From Ignavibacteriales bacterium (GTDB lineage: Bacteria > Bacteroidota > Ignavibacteria > Ignavibacteriales > DAOSCP01): a stretch of DNA of 64,000 nt. This document shows, piece by piece, positions 48,787-57,289 of this stretch. Made by a program: the position numbers and the translations under genes. Every line of letters begins with the position of its first letter. Positions within the stretch are counted from its first letter, which is position 1. The stretch is taken from contig DAOSVM010000003.1 in assembly GCA_035379625.1 (NCBI GenBank), positions 334-64,333 on the forward strand, given 5' to 3'. The notes under the pieces were generated by a model. That model made no database searches, was not told the origin of the DNA, and saw only the letters and a list, made by a program, of their open reading frames with translations.

Positions 48787-49525
48787 TAGCTCAGACAGTA
48801 TAAGCTTAAGCCCCTTGCAGCTTGAAGAAAGCCGCAAGGGGCAGCGGGCCGGAACGGCCCGCTAAAATGATAAACCCTAACATAAGCAACACCTCAGATA
48901 CTCAGAAAGTTAAACCTAATATGTTATCGACTAAATAAAAATACAATTTTAAGATTACACAAATTCCAAAATTATTACTACAAAAAAGCAAACTCAAATT
49001 TACCATCTTCATAAACGTGCTTACCACTCCCCCGGGCAAAAAAATTGCTTCCGAAATGATAAAAATTATTTTTTTATTTTTATTTGCTGCTAAATTGTTA
49101 TTTCTGCTCTTTTTATAATTTTATTGTAATTAGAATTGTATCGTAAATACAATATCTTTGCCAATAATATATCGTATATACAATAATATAGTAAGAGCAA
49201 ATATATTTTTTGAAATTGCAATTATATCGTATATACAATAATATCGTGGATACAAATATTTTTTAAAGAACTACCAATATATCGTATTCGCAATTATTTT
49301 GTATGGCCTATTATATTGCAATAACGATATTTATTTACTCCCTTTTTACGTAAGCTAATTTTTCATAGAAAAATATTAAAACAACATTTAGTTATTTATT
49401 TAAATGTAAAAATATAAAACATATTGTTCAAATCTATTGAAAGGTCTTGGTGAAAATATTTTTGGGCGTCAGCCCGCCCGTGCGCCGCTCGGCGCACGGG
49501 CTTTATGCTTACACCGTCTGAGCTA
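48787..49525. repeat. Copy B of the composite intergenic element, interior inverted relative to copy A
   Basis: Terminal inverted repeats are TAGCTCAGACAGTATAAGCTTA (48787-48808) and the reverse complement of 49504-49525. Hairpins lie at 48810-48842, 48844-48862 and 49476-49501. The module order is the mirror image of copy A. Confidence 0.85.
49139..49296. repeat. Phased repeats with core TATCGTATATACAATA (three copies at exact 55-bp spacing plus one out of phase)
   Basis: ATCGTA(T/A)A... cores start at 49171, 49226 and 49281, 55 bp apart. A further one-mismatch copy starts at 49140. Confidence 0.8.
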
Positions 49526-49542
49526 ATAAAGAGTACTTTTTT

Positions 49543-49579
49543 AAAAATAAAAAAAGCAAGCTCGCTTACGCTCGCCTGC
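49543..49579 (-). terminator. Rho-independent terminator of the RND pump gene
   Basis: On the minus strand the stem is GCAGGC/GCUUGC (one G-U pair), followed by a U-rich run. By hand alignment it matches the sdhB terminator module at about 41 of 47 positions. Confidence 0.6.
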
Positions 49580-49600
49580 TTTTCAATTAACACTTACATT

Positions 49601-52600
49601 TTATTTGAAATACCTTGCCCTAATTTTATCAACTGTATTGTAAACAATCGGAACAATAACTAATGTTAAAAATAATGAACTAGTCAATCCACCAACCAAA
49701 ACCATTCCTAAGCCTGATTTTGCCTCACTACCTGCTGATGTAGATAAAGCTATTGGTAACATGCCAAAAACTAAAGAGAAAGTAGTCATCAAAATTGGTC
49801 TTAATCTTGTTTTACCTGCTTCAAGCAAAGCATCAAATGTTGGCATATTATGTTCAATTTTCATTTGGTTTGTTCTATCAACAAGTAATATTGCGTTTTT
49901 AGCCACTAATCCTACAAGAGTAATAATGCCAATCATCGAATATATACCTATACTCTTCATAGAAAGAGCTAATGCCAAAAATGCACCAACAGCCGCCAAT
50001 GGTATTGAAAATAGCACAACAAATGGATAAATATATGAATTATATAAAGCAACCATAATTAAATACACAAACAAAATTCCGCCTGCCAATGCGTATAGTA
50101 AACTACGCATAGAATCAGCTAGATTTTTTTGCTCACCTGTAAATTCATATGTAATATCACCAGGGAATTGAATTTGTTTAACTCTCTTAATTATTTCTTG
50201 AGCAACAACACCGCTTGATTTCCCAAAAACATTTGAACTAATAGTCACTGATGCAATTCTATCATATCTTTCCAATTTTGATGGACCAGTAGTAATCCAA
50301 ATATTGGCCACTTGTTGCAATTCAACCGGTTTCCCAAGTTGATTTATAATTGTAAATCTTTTAATATCTTCAGGTTTAAATTTATCGAAATTATCTAGTG
50401 CTATCTTTAAATTATAATCCGTACCATTGATTGTGTATTTTGCTTCATCATCACCAGTTAAAGCAATTCTTAAATTTTGAGATATTTCACCAATTGTAAG
50501 TTTATATTGCGCTAGTTTATCTCTTTGAATATCGATATTCAATTCTGGATTTCCATCCTCAGTAGATAAACGTACATCACTTGTACCTTCAACCTGCTGT
50601 GCAATATCAACAATTTTTTTAGCAGCTTCTAACACTTGTGAATAATTTGTCCCCTTAACTAATATCTCAATTGGTGACCTATTAGATGTACCAAACAAAC
50701 CAACTGGCGCTACTCTTACTTTAATACCAGGGAAAACAGCCAATTTTAGCTTTATATCTTGAGCCAAATCATCAGAAGATTGTGATCTTTCTTTTTTATC
50801 AACTAATGAAACCAGAACTTCAGCCGTATTAGTCTTGGAAAAAGTCAACAATGCTCCGCCACTTGCTCCAACATTTGTAATAATTTTATTTACTTCTGGA
50901 ATTTTGCGCAATTCGTTTTCAATTATTTGGACTTGTCTATTTGTCTCTTCTATTGTAACACCTGGTTGTAATTCAACTGTAACAATAATTTCCCCTCTAT
51001 CAACAGGTGGGAAAAATTCAAATCCAATAAACCCTAATGGAAATAACATAAACGATGCCAATGTAATAATAACCACAAATGTTGCAACTTTTTTGGGGCT
51101 CCTTAATGCCCAGGATAAAATTTTTTGATATAAAACTTCAAAACGTTTAAATTGATTTTCAAACCAAATTGCAAATCTTCCTAAAAAACTTTTGGCATCA
51201 AAATGCTCAAGTTTAGAAAATCGTGATGCTAAAGTAGGTGTAACAGTAAAGGAAACAAATAAACTCATCAAAGTCGAAAAAACAACTACTAAAGCATAGT
51301 GTCTTAAGCAGTTTCCTATAATATCGGTAATTAGTGCCAATGGTACAAAAACTACTACATCTACAAGTGTTATAGATAAAGCTGCAAAACCTATTTCGTT
51401 TCTACCTTTTAACGCTGCCTCACGTTGATCTTCCCCCATCTCTAAATGTCTATGTATATTTTCAAGAACTACAATTGAATCATCCACCAAAATACCAATT
51501 ACCAAAGACATTGCTAATAATGTAATGTTATTCAATGTAAAATCGAATAAATACATTAAGAAAAATGTTGAAATTAATGAAGTAGGAATTGATACCAACA
51601 CAATAAAAGAATTTCTAATACTATGTAAAAAGAAAAACATAACTATAGCTACAAGAATAACAGCCATAAATAAATCAAATTTAACAGCATTAGCAGAATC
51701 AATAATAAAAGTAGATGCATCTTGAGCAATTGTAAATTTTAATCCAACGTTTTTATACTCTTCTTCAAGCTTTATAATTTCCTTTTTAATTTCATTACTG
51801 ACCTCTACCGTATTCCCATCAGATTGTTTAACAACCAGCATACCAATTGCTGTATTTCCATTTAACCTATAAACATTTGATAAATCAATACTTCCGTCAG
51901 ATACATCAGCAATATCCTTTATTTTAATATCACCACCTTGTTTTGATTTACCAATTATTTGTTCTTTTATAGTATTAATATTATCAAATTTCCCTGCAAC
52001 TCTTACAACATATTGATTATCATAGCCTTTTATATTTCCTGTTGGGAAATCCAAGTTCTGATTTTTAATAATCTGCGTAACATTGAAAAGATTTAAATTA
52101 TATGCTTTTAACTTATCTGCATTTACATTTATTTTTATTTCTCTTTCATTGGCACCAATAAGAGAAACTAAACCAACTCCTTTTAGTTTAGTAAATCTTG
52201 GTTGAATTTTATCTTTAATAAACTGCGTAAATTCTTTTTCATCCAAATTAGAATTTAAAGTCAATCTTAAAACAGGAATCTCATCAAACGATATTTTAGA
52301 TATTACCGGTTGTTTTGCAGTTGAAGGAAGTTCATTCAATATTTGGTTAATTTTTCTCTGTGCTTCCTGGAGTGATTTATCTATATCTGCATCCATATCA
52401 AATTCCACAACAACTAAAGAAAAACCCTCCGATGATGTTGAACGTATTGCAGAAATTTTTTCTATTCCAGTTATAGCATCCTCAATAACTTTTGTAACCG
52501 AATTTTCAACCGAGTTTGGGGAACCACCCGGATAAACTGTTTGTATTGTTATTACCGGTGCTGTTAACTTCGGTAATAAATCATAATTTAGTTGTAGATA

Positions 52601-52684
52601 TCCATAAATACCCAATACCGATAAAACTGAAAATATAACTACAACTATTGTTGGCCTTTTTATTGAAAGTTCTGTTATTGTCAT
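49601..52684 (-). CDS. RND-family multidrug efflux permease (HAE1, AcrB-like)
   Basis: 1027 aa with 12-TM topology and two large periplasmic loops; AcrB-type N-terminus (ELSIKRPT). Confidence 0.95.
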   Translation of the reverse strand: MTITELSIKRPTIVVVIFSVLSVLGIYGYLQLNYDLLPKLTAPVITIQTVYPGGSPNSVENSVTKVIEDAITGIEKISAIRSTSSEGFSLVVVEFDMDADIDKSLQEAQRKINQILNELPSTAKQPVISKISFDEIPVLRLTLNSNLDEKEFTQFIKDKIQPRFTKLKGVGLVSLIGANEREIKINVNADKLKAYNLNLFNVTQIIKNQNLDFPTGNIKGYDNQYVVRVAGKFDNINTIKEQIIGKSKQGGDIKIKDIADVSDGSIDLSNVYRLNGNTAIGMLVVKQSDGNTVEVSNEIKKEIIKLEEEYKNVGLKFTIAQDASTFIIDSANAVKFDLFMAVILVAIVMFFFLHSIRNSFIVLVSIPTSLISTFFLMYLFDFTLNNITLLAMSLVIGILVDDSIVVLENIHRHLEMGEDQREAALKGRNEIGFAALSITLVDVVVFVPLALITDIIGNCLRHYALVVVFSTLMSLFVSFTVTPTLASRFSKLEHFDAKSFLGRFAIWFENQFKRFEVLYQKILSWALRSPKKVATFVVIITLASFMLFPLGFIGFEFFPPVDRGEIIVTVELQPGVTIEETNRQVQIIENELRKIPEVNKIITNVGASGGALLTFSKTNTAEVLVSLVDKKERSQSSDDLAQDIKLKLAVFPGIKVRVAPVGLFGTSNRSPIEILVKGTNYSQVLEAAKKIVDIAQQVEGTSDVRLSTEDGNPELNIDIQRDKLAQYKLTIGEISQNLRIALTGDDEAKYTINGTDYNLKIALDNFDKFKPEDIKRFTIINQLGKPVELQQVANIWITTGPSKLERYDRIASVTISSNVFGKSSGVVAQEIIKRVKQIQFPGDITYEFTGEQKNLADSMRSLLYALAGGILFVYLIMVALYNSYIYPFVVLFSIPLAAVGAFLALALSMKSIGIYSMIGIITLVGLVAKNAILLVDRTNQMKIEHNMPTFDALLEAGKTRLRPILMTTFSLVFGMLPIALSTSAGSEAKSGLGMVLVGGLTSSLFLTLVIVPIVYNTVDKIRARYFK

Positions 52685-52698
52685 TGTTATTCATTCCC

Positions 52699-53763
52699 TT
52701 AATTTTTTTCTTCAGTGGCTTTTACTTTAGTACCATCGGTTACATTTAATTTACCTTTTATTACAACTTTATCTCCCATATTTAGCCCACTGATAACCTC
52801 AACAAATTTTCCCAAATCTTGCCCAACCTTTATATTTTTTAATCTAACATAATCACCATCTACAATATATACATAAGGATTTTTTACACTTCCCAAAATT
52901 GCATCTCTTGGTATAACCAATATATTACTTTTTGCACTAAAATCAAAATTTAAAGTAAATAGCATCCCAGCCTTAAATCTGTTACTGCTGTTGGAAATAA
53001 TTAACTCAACAGGAAATGTGTGTGCTTCATCCCCTTTCGGTGCAATATATCTTATTGTACCATAGAATTTCTCATTAGGATAAACATCTGTTGTTAACTC
53101 AATTTTTTGTCCTACTTTTAACTTAAAAACATCATTTTCTGATACATTAACCCTTACTCTCAAATTAGAAACATCTGTTAAAGTAGCAACTACATTCCCT
53201 ACATTTAAAAATGATCCTAAATCAACAAATTTACTTGTTATATAACCAGAAAATGGAGCTATAATTTTTGTATCGTTATATTGTTTTTTTGTTGAAATAT
53301 ATTGATTTTTTGCATTTTCATAATTTAATCTTGCAACTTCATATTGAGTTTCTGAAATACTTTTACTCTTGTATAATTCTTCGTTCCTTTTCAAATCTTT
53401 TTCAGCTTTTTCATATAAAAATTTTGCATTTTCAAAAGCTGCTTTTTTTATTTCATCATCTACTTCCAATAATACACCTCCAGCCTTAACATATGTACCT
53501 TCTTGAAAATTTATTTTTTTTACCTTTCCAGAAATTTCAGATGCAATATTTACCTCTTTATCAGCATAAGCTGTAGCGACCAATTTAATATTCTCGCTTA
53601 CATTTCCTGTGCTTACAAATGTATAAGAAACTGGAACATAACTTAACATTGTTAGTTTGCTTGCTTTCTGGTTTATAATTCGTTTGTTGTTAATTAGTAT
53701 TAAGAGTATAACAGCAAAAACTACTATACCAACAATTATTAATTTTCTTTTTGTTGTATTCAT
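52699..53763 (-). CDS. RND efflux periplasmic adaptor (membrane fusion protein)
   Basis: N-terminal anchor followed by lipoyl, coiled-coil hairpin and beta-barrel segments. It sits between the TolC-like and RND genes. Confidence 0.9.
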   Translation of the reverse strand: MNTTKRKLIIVGIVVFAVILLILINNKRIINQKASKLTMLSYVPVSYTFVSTGNVSENIKLVATAYADKEVNIASEISGKVKKINFQEGTYVKAGGVLLEVDDEIKKAAFENAKFLYEKAEKDLKRNEELYKSKSISETQYEVARLNYENAKNQYISTKKQYNDTKIIAPFSGYITSKFVDLGSFLNVGNVVATLTDVSNLRVRVNVSENDVFKLKVGQKIELTTDVYPNEKFYGTIRYIAPKGDEAHTFPVELIISNSSNRFKAGMLFTLNFDFSAKSNILVIPRDAILGSVKNPYVYIVDGDYVRLKNIKVGQDLGKFVEVISGLNMGDKVVIKGKLNVTDGTKVKATEEKN

Positions 53764-53775
53764 TATAACACCTTC

Positions 53776-55083
53776 TTATTTGCTAATTGATTTTAAATAT
53801 TTTGCTTTTGCTATTTCATAATCAACAATAGATAATGTATAATTTATATTAGCTTGTAATACTGTTGTTTCTGCGTCTATCAACTCTGAGTTATTAACCA
53901 GCCCATTCTTATATTTTTCTTTCGTTATTTTATAATTAAGTTCAGCTTGTTCCAAAGTTTCTGAGCTAATATTTATTTTTTCAAACATTTTCTCTAGGTT
54001 TAAATAATTTTGAGTTACTTCTAAATTTATCTGGTCTTTCAAAATTTCATAACTCTGTTTAATTTGTTCAAGTTGAAATTCTGCTTGTTCTGTTTGGTAT
54101 TTCGGCAGCATCCAATTCCACAAATCGAAGGATAATGTTATTCCTAAATCCCAACTACTTTTGAATTCCTTTTTTTGTGGTATATATCTTTGATTTGGAT
54201 TTGAATAAATAAAATCAGCAAAGAAAAATATCTGCGGATACCAACCCGCTTTGGATAGAGTAATAGCAGAATTTGCTGCTTTTATTCTCATTTCAGTGGA
54301 AAGTAATTCTTCCCTATTCATTAAAGCATTGCTAATTCCATCATCAAGCTTAGAAGTATGCTTTTCTAAAAATTCTGGTTTATCTTTTAAAGTAATTTTA
54401 GTATTAAGTGGCAAACCAATCAAACTGTTTAAAAACAATAATGCTGTTTGTATACCATTTTCTGCATCAATCATAAGTAATTTTGTATTTGAAAGCTGAA
54501 CTTTAACTTTCATAACATCATTATCTGTAGCCAATCCATTTTTATAAAAATTTTCCACATCATTTAAATGAGCTTCTACCATAGTAATATTTTGTTGAAT
54601 ATTTTCTTTTAATTTTAATGCTCTATAATAATTCCAATACGCTGTTCTAATATTCAAAATTAATTCTTTCTCATCCTTTTTAAATTCCAATATAGAAGCA
54701 TTTTTATTGTATTCAGCAATTTCCGTTGCTGATGATAACCTAAAACCAGTAAATATTGGCTGGTTAAGTGTAATTTTAGTTGAATAATTATCCAAAATAG
54801 GGCTAAATGCTTTTGCGATACTCGAAGCTGCAGGTCCAAAATTTGGCGCCCCAACATCACTTAAACGAGTATAACCAGCAGTAAATTTCAAAGTCGGATA
54901 TTCTGCTACTTCTGTTTCTTTATATTTAGCCTCTACAGATTTAACTTTGTAATCACTAATTTTTAAACTTTTACTATTCTCAAGACCTATTTTTATACAT
55001 TCTTCAAGGCTTAAACTTTTGACTTCTTGAGAATAAATATTATTACTTAATAAGATTAGTATCCCAATTATAATTTTTTTCAT
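53776..55083 (-). CDS. TolC-family outer membrane efflux protein
   Basis: Signal peptide, a two-fold internal repeat and a typical TolC N-terminus (LSLEECIKIGLENS). Confidence 0.9.
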   Translation of the reverse strand: MKKIIIGILILLSNNIYSQEVKSLSLEECIKIGLENSKSLKISDYKVKSVEAKYKETEVAEYPTLKFTAGYTRLSDVGAPNFGPAASSIAKAFSPILDNYSTKITLNQPIFTGFRLSSATEIAEYNKNASILEFKKDEKELILNIRTAYWNYYRALKLKENIQQNITMVEAHLNDVENFYKNGLATDNDVMKVKVQLSNTKLLMIDAENGIQTALLFLNSLIGLPLNTKITLKDKPEFLEKHTSKLDDGISNALMNREELLSTEMRIKAANSAITLSKAGWYPQIFFFADFIYSNPNQRYIPQKKEFKSSWDLGITLSFDLWNWMLPKYQTEQAEFQLEQIKQSYEILKDQINLEVTQNYLNLEKMFEKINISSETLEQAELNYKITKEKYKNGLVNNSELIDAETTVLQANINYTLSIVDYEIAKAKYLKSISK

Positions 55084-55574
55084 ATTTCCACCAATATTTT
55101 TATTAATATATCAATCACTTTCGAAGTTATCTCTGAAATCACTTCATAAGCTTCAACAATTTTTTTCCTATCTTCTTTATCTAATAACTCCAAATAATAA
55201 CAGTGTTTCTGAATAAATTCCTTTTTCTTTTTTTCTAAAATTTCAATTCCATCATTTGTTATACGTACAATTGTTTTTCGCCTATCATATTGATCAATAA
55301 TTAAATCAATATAACCAGACTTTAACAATTTAGATAAGTGCTGAGAAACTGTGCTTTGTGCTAGTTTTAATATATTTTTTAACTCATTAACTGTACATTC
55401 GCCAACATCTCTTACTACATTCAACAATTGATAATGCTGCATCGAAAGTTTATCATCGCTTTCGAAATTAACATCACGATTAGCTAAAAAAATTGCCCTC
55501 ATCATATTTGGGATACTTTCAACAATTTTCTCAGCAGCCTCTATGGTTTCTTGTTCAAAATTTATATTTTTCAT
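55080..55574 (-). CDS. MarR-family transcriptional regulator, first gene of the efflux operon
   Basis: Winged-HTH pattern (CTVNELKNILKLAQSTVSQHLSKLLKSGYIDLIIDQYDRRK). It overlaps the tolC-like gene by 4 nt, and GGAG lies 7 nt upstream of the ATG. Confidence 0.85.
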   Translation of the reverse strand: MKNINFEQETIEAAEKIVESIPNMMRAIFLANRDVNFESDDKLSMQHYQLLNVVRDVGECTVNELKNILKLAQSTVSQHLSKLLKSGYIDLIIDQYDRRKTIVRITNDGIEILEKKKKEFIQKHCYYLELLDKEDRKKIVEAYEVISEITSKVIDILIKILVEI

Positions 55575-55596
55575 CTTAGCTCCAAATTATTTTACA

Positions 55597-55639
55597 TATA
55601 TACAATATTATTTACAATAAATTATATTTATATACGATA
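55597..55639. promoter_or_regulatory. Candidate operator pair in the marR promoter region: TATATACAATA and TATATACGATA, 32 bp apart
   Basis: Two copies of TATATAC(A/G)ATA lie 25-65 nt upstream of the marR ATG. The same 11-mers form the core of the copy-B phased repeats. Confidence 0.3.
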
Positions 55640-55646
55640 CCGGTTT

Positions 55647-55755
55647 GCGGCTTGCTGCTTTTTGTATTAACTTCTATAACAGCAAAACTGCATTGTAATT
55701 TTAAGATATTTTTTAGAAATATCAAAATATTTTTTCAATAATTGCAGCAAGCCGC
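55647..55755. repeat. Perfect 12-bp GC-rich inverted repeat (GCGGCTTGCTGC / GCAGCAAGCCGC) enclosing 85 bp of AT-rich DNA
   Basis: 55647-55658 is the exact reverse complement of 55744-55755. Confidence 0.7.
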
Positions 55756-55759
55756 TGTT

Positions 55760-56237
55760 AGCTTTTTGGTTTGGTGTTTTTATGTAGTTCATAAGGCTGA
55801 CACCAAGACAGGGTTGGGCAAAAGAGGTGTTTTCTTTCAAGATATATGTCGTTTTTTGTTTGGAGAAAATTTGTTATGTACCGTCGGAAAGTTTGTAATC
55901 AGTCTCTGAATTTAATCTTTTACTGGGTTTTCGGGAGCATTGGTTTTGTCTGTCCGTCAAGTTTTGTAATGATTCTGGGGTTATTTCCCAACCGAGAAAA
56001 TTTGTCATTTTTTTTGCCGAAGTGGCATTGACGTCAAATTGAATTGACGAGTACTTAACAATTTGTTCAACCTCAAAATTACAGAAAAATCGACAAGCCT
56101 TTTTCACTTCAAACTTCTCGGGCAAACTACCTTCCAACCGGATTTAATACAAATTTTTTCACCTTATCGGACATGAACAAATTTTAGGAGTATGACTTTC
56201 CAAACAACAACTTCCCTAAAACACCAAACTTGAAGCT
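55760..56237. other. 478-bp non-coding element bounded by long-range inverted repeats (candidate structured RNA or non-autonomous mobile element)
   Basis: GTTTGGTGTTTT (55769-55780) pairs perfectly with AAAACACCAAAC (56218-56229), and there is an outer AGCTT/AAGCT pair. GC is coding-like, but there is no convincing ORF and stops occur in all frames. Confidence 0.4.
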
Positions 56238-56255
56238 AAAAATATACAAAAAAAA

Positions 56256-57245
56256 TTATCGCTTGTCAAATTTTAAATTATAATATAAAAGAAAAATAAA
56301 ATAACAAAGCAATACAATTATATTATAAATATTATTATAAATTATTTCATAGATTTGATAAGTCATATCTTGTGGCATTGCAATACTTATGAACCAATAT
56401 GTATTTTCTAATTTCACAGGTATATAATGGTATACAAATTCTTTAATTTTTGTAGGATTTTCAGAAATATTTGTTGAAAATTCCCTGCCATTATTGATAA
56501 ACAATTCATACTTTTTTAATGTCTTGTTTAACTCATACAAACTAACACCTATAAAATCTTTATTCGGATAAGCTGCTATAATACCTTGTTGTGTTATTAT
56601 AAAAGAATAAATATTACTTTTGTCGTCATGTATTTTATCAATCATATTTTGAAGATAATCAAGGCTTAAGTCAACACCTGCAACACCTAAAAATTCGTTA
56701 TTTATAATAATCGGATAACAAAAACTTACAACTGTTATATCTTTTCCAGCTATTTTATATGTTATTGGTTTTGTTATAAAGGATTTTCTTGTATTTTTGG
56801 GAATATTATAATAGTCACCTCTTTCATCTTTCCTATCAAAATCTACACATGGTTCAAAATAATATTCATTTTTACCTCTATTCCAATAAGGGATAAATCT
56901 TCCGGTGTTATCATGCCCTAATTGATTAATGAATAATTTATCTTTATTATCAAATTTATTTGGTTCCCATACTGTCCAAATGCCAAATAACTCTGGCCCA
57001 TTTATCAATATTTCTTTCATTATTACAGTTACAAATTCTCTGTTTGTTTTATTCTGTTCTTTCATAATTTTTAATATATTTTGAAACCGTTTGGCAGTAT
57101 TCTCTGCTTTTATAAAATTAAAAGAAATATCATAACCAATTTTATAATAATTAGTTATATTATTTTGTTCTATACGAATTACGTACAAATTACCAAAGAC
57201 AATCAACAAAAAAAATATTAATGATATGACTAAATAATTTTTCAT
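56256..57245 (-). CDS. Cache-type extracytoplasmic sensor domain protein with two TM segments and no output domain
   Basis: TM1, then a Cache-like domain of about 270 aa, then TM2. The ORF ends 6 residues after TM2 (NLKFDKR). Confidence 0.65.
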   Translation of the reverse strand: MKNYLVISLIFFLLIVFGNLYVIRIEQNNITNYYKIGYDISFNFIKAENTAKRFQNILKIMKEQNKTNREFVTVIMKEILINGPELFGIWTVWEPNKFDNKDKLFINQLGHDNTGRFIPYWNRGKNEYYFEPCVDFDRKDERGDYYNIPKNTRKSFITKPITYKIAGKDITVVSFCYPIIINNEFLGVAGVDLSLDYLQNMIDKIHDDKSNIYSFIITQQGIIAAYPNKDFIGVSLYELNKTLKKYELFINNGREFSTNISENPTKIKEFVYHYIPVKLENTYWFISIAMPQDMTYQIYEIIYNNIYNIIVLLCYFIFLLYYNLKFDKR

Positions 57246-57289
57246 TATTATGTTCTTACGATTAACTTGAACTTTTTACCTTATAAGCT

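Noticed and set aside
49396-49593. 65-aa ORF on the minus strand across the right end of element copy B.
   Set aside because: The reasoning is the same: it spans the RND-gene terminator, the terminal repeat and the H1 hairpin. The equivalent region in copy A does not keep an ORF.
1197-54860. Many 60-110-aa ORFs in the track that are nested in or antisense to long genes (for example 1197-1391, 2681-2923, 9086-9289, 17802-18030, 24418-24943, 38340-38603, 47495-47707, 50835-51128, 53268-53489, 54251-54860).
   Set aside because: All lie wholly inside well-supported longer CDSs on the opposite strand or in another frame. Their composition is low-complexity or biased, and I recognise no motifs in them. 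I treat them as shadow ORFs.
55846-56031. 61-aa hydrophobic ORF (MSFFVWRKFV...) considered as a type I toxin, and the antisense 87-aa ORF 55874-56137.
   Set aside because: Neither ORF has an RBS. The hydrophobicity is explained by the T-rich strand composition, and the 87-aa product has no recognisable family. The two ORFs overlap antisense within a region full of stops. I keep them only as a remote possibility under the non-coding element finding.
55760-56237. The 478-bp element considered as RNase P RNA, tmRNA, 6S RNA or a group II intron.
   Set aside because: - **RNase P:** the minus strand has GGAAAGUCAUAC, superficially like the P4 strand GGAAAGUCCGG. The complementary 3' P4 strand, the GGUAAGAG module and the ACAGAA...GGCUUA motif are all absent.
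- **tmRNA:** there is no tRNA-like acceptor/T-arm (GGUUCGA...CCA).
- **Group II intron:** there is no domain V.
- **6S RNA:** the element is too long.
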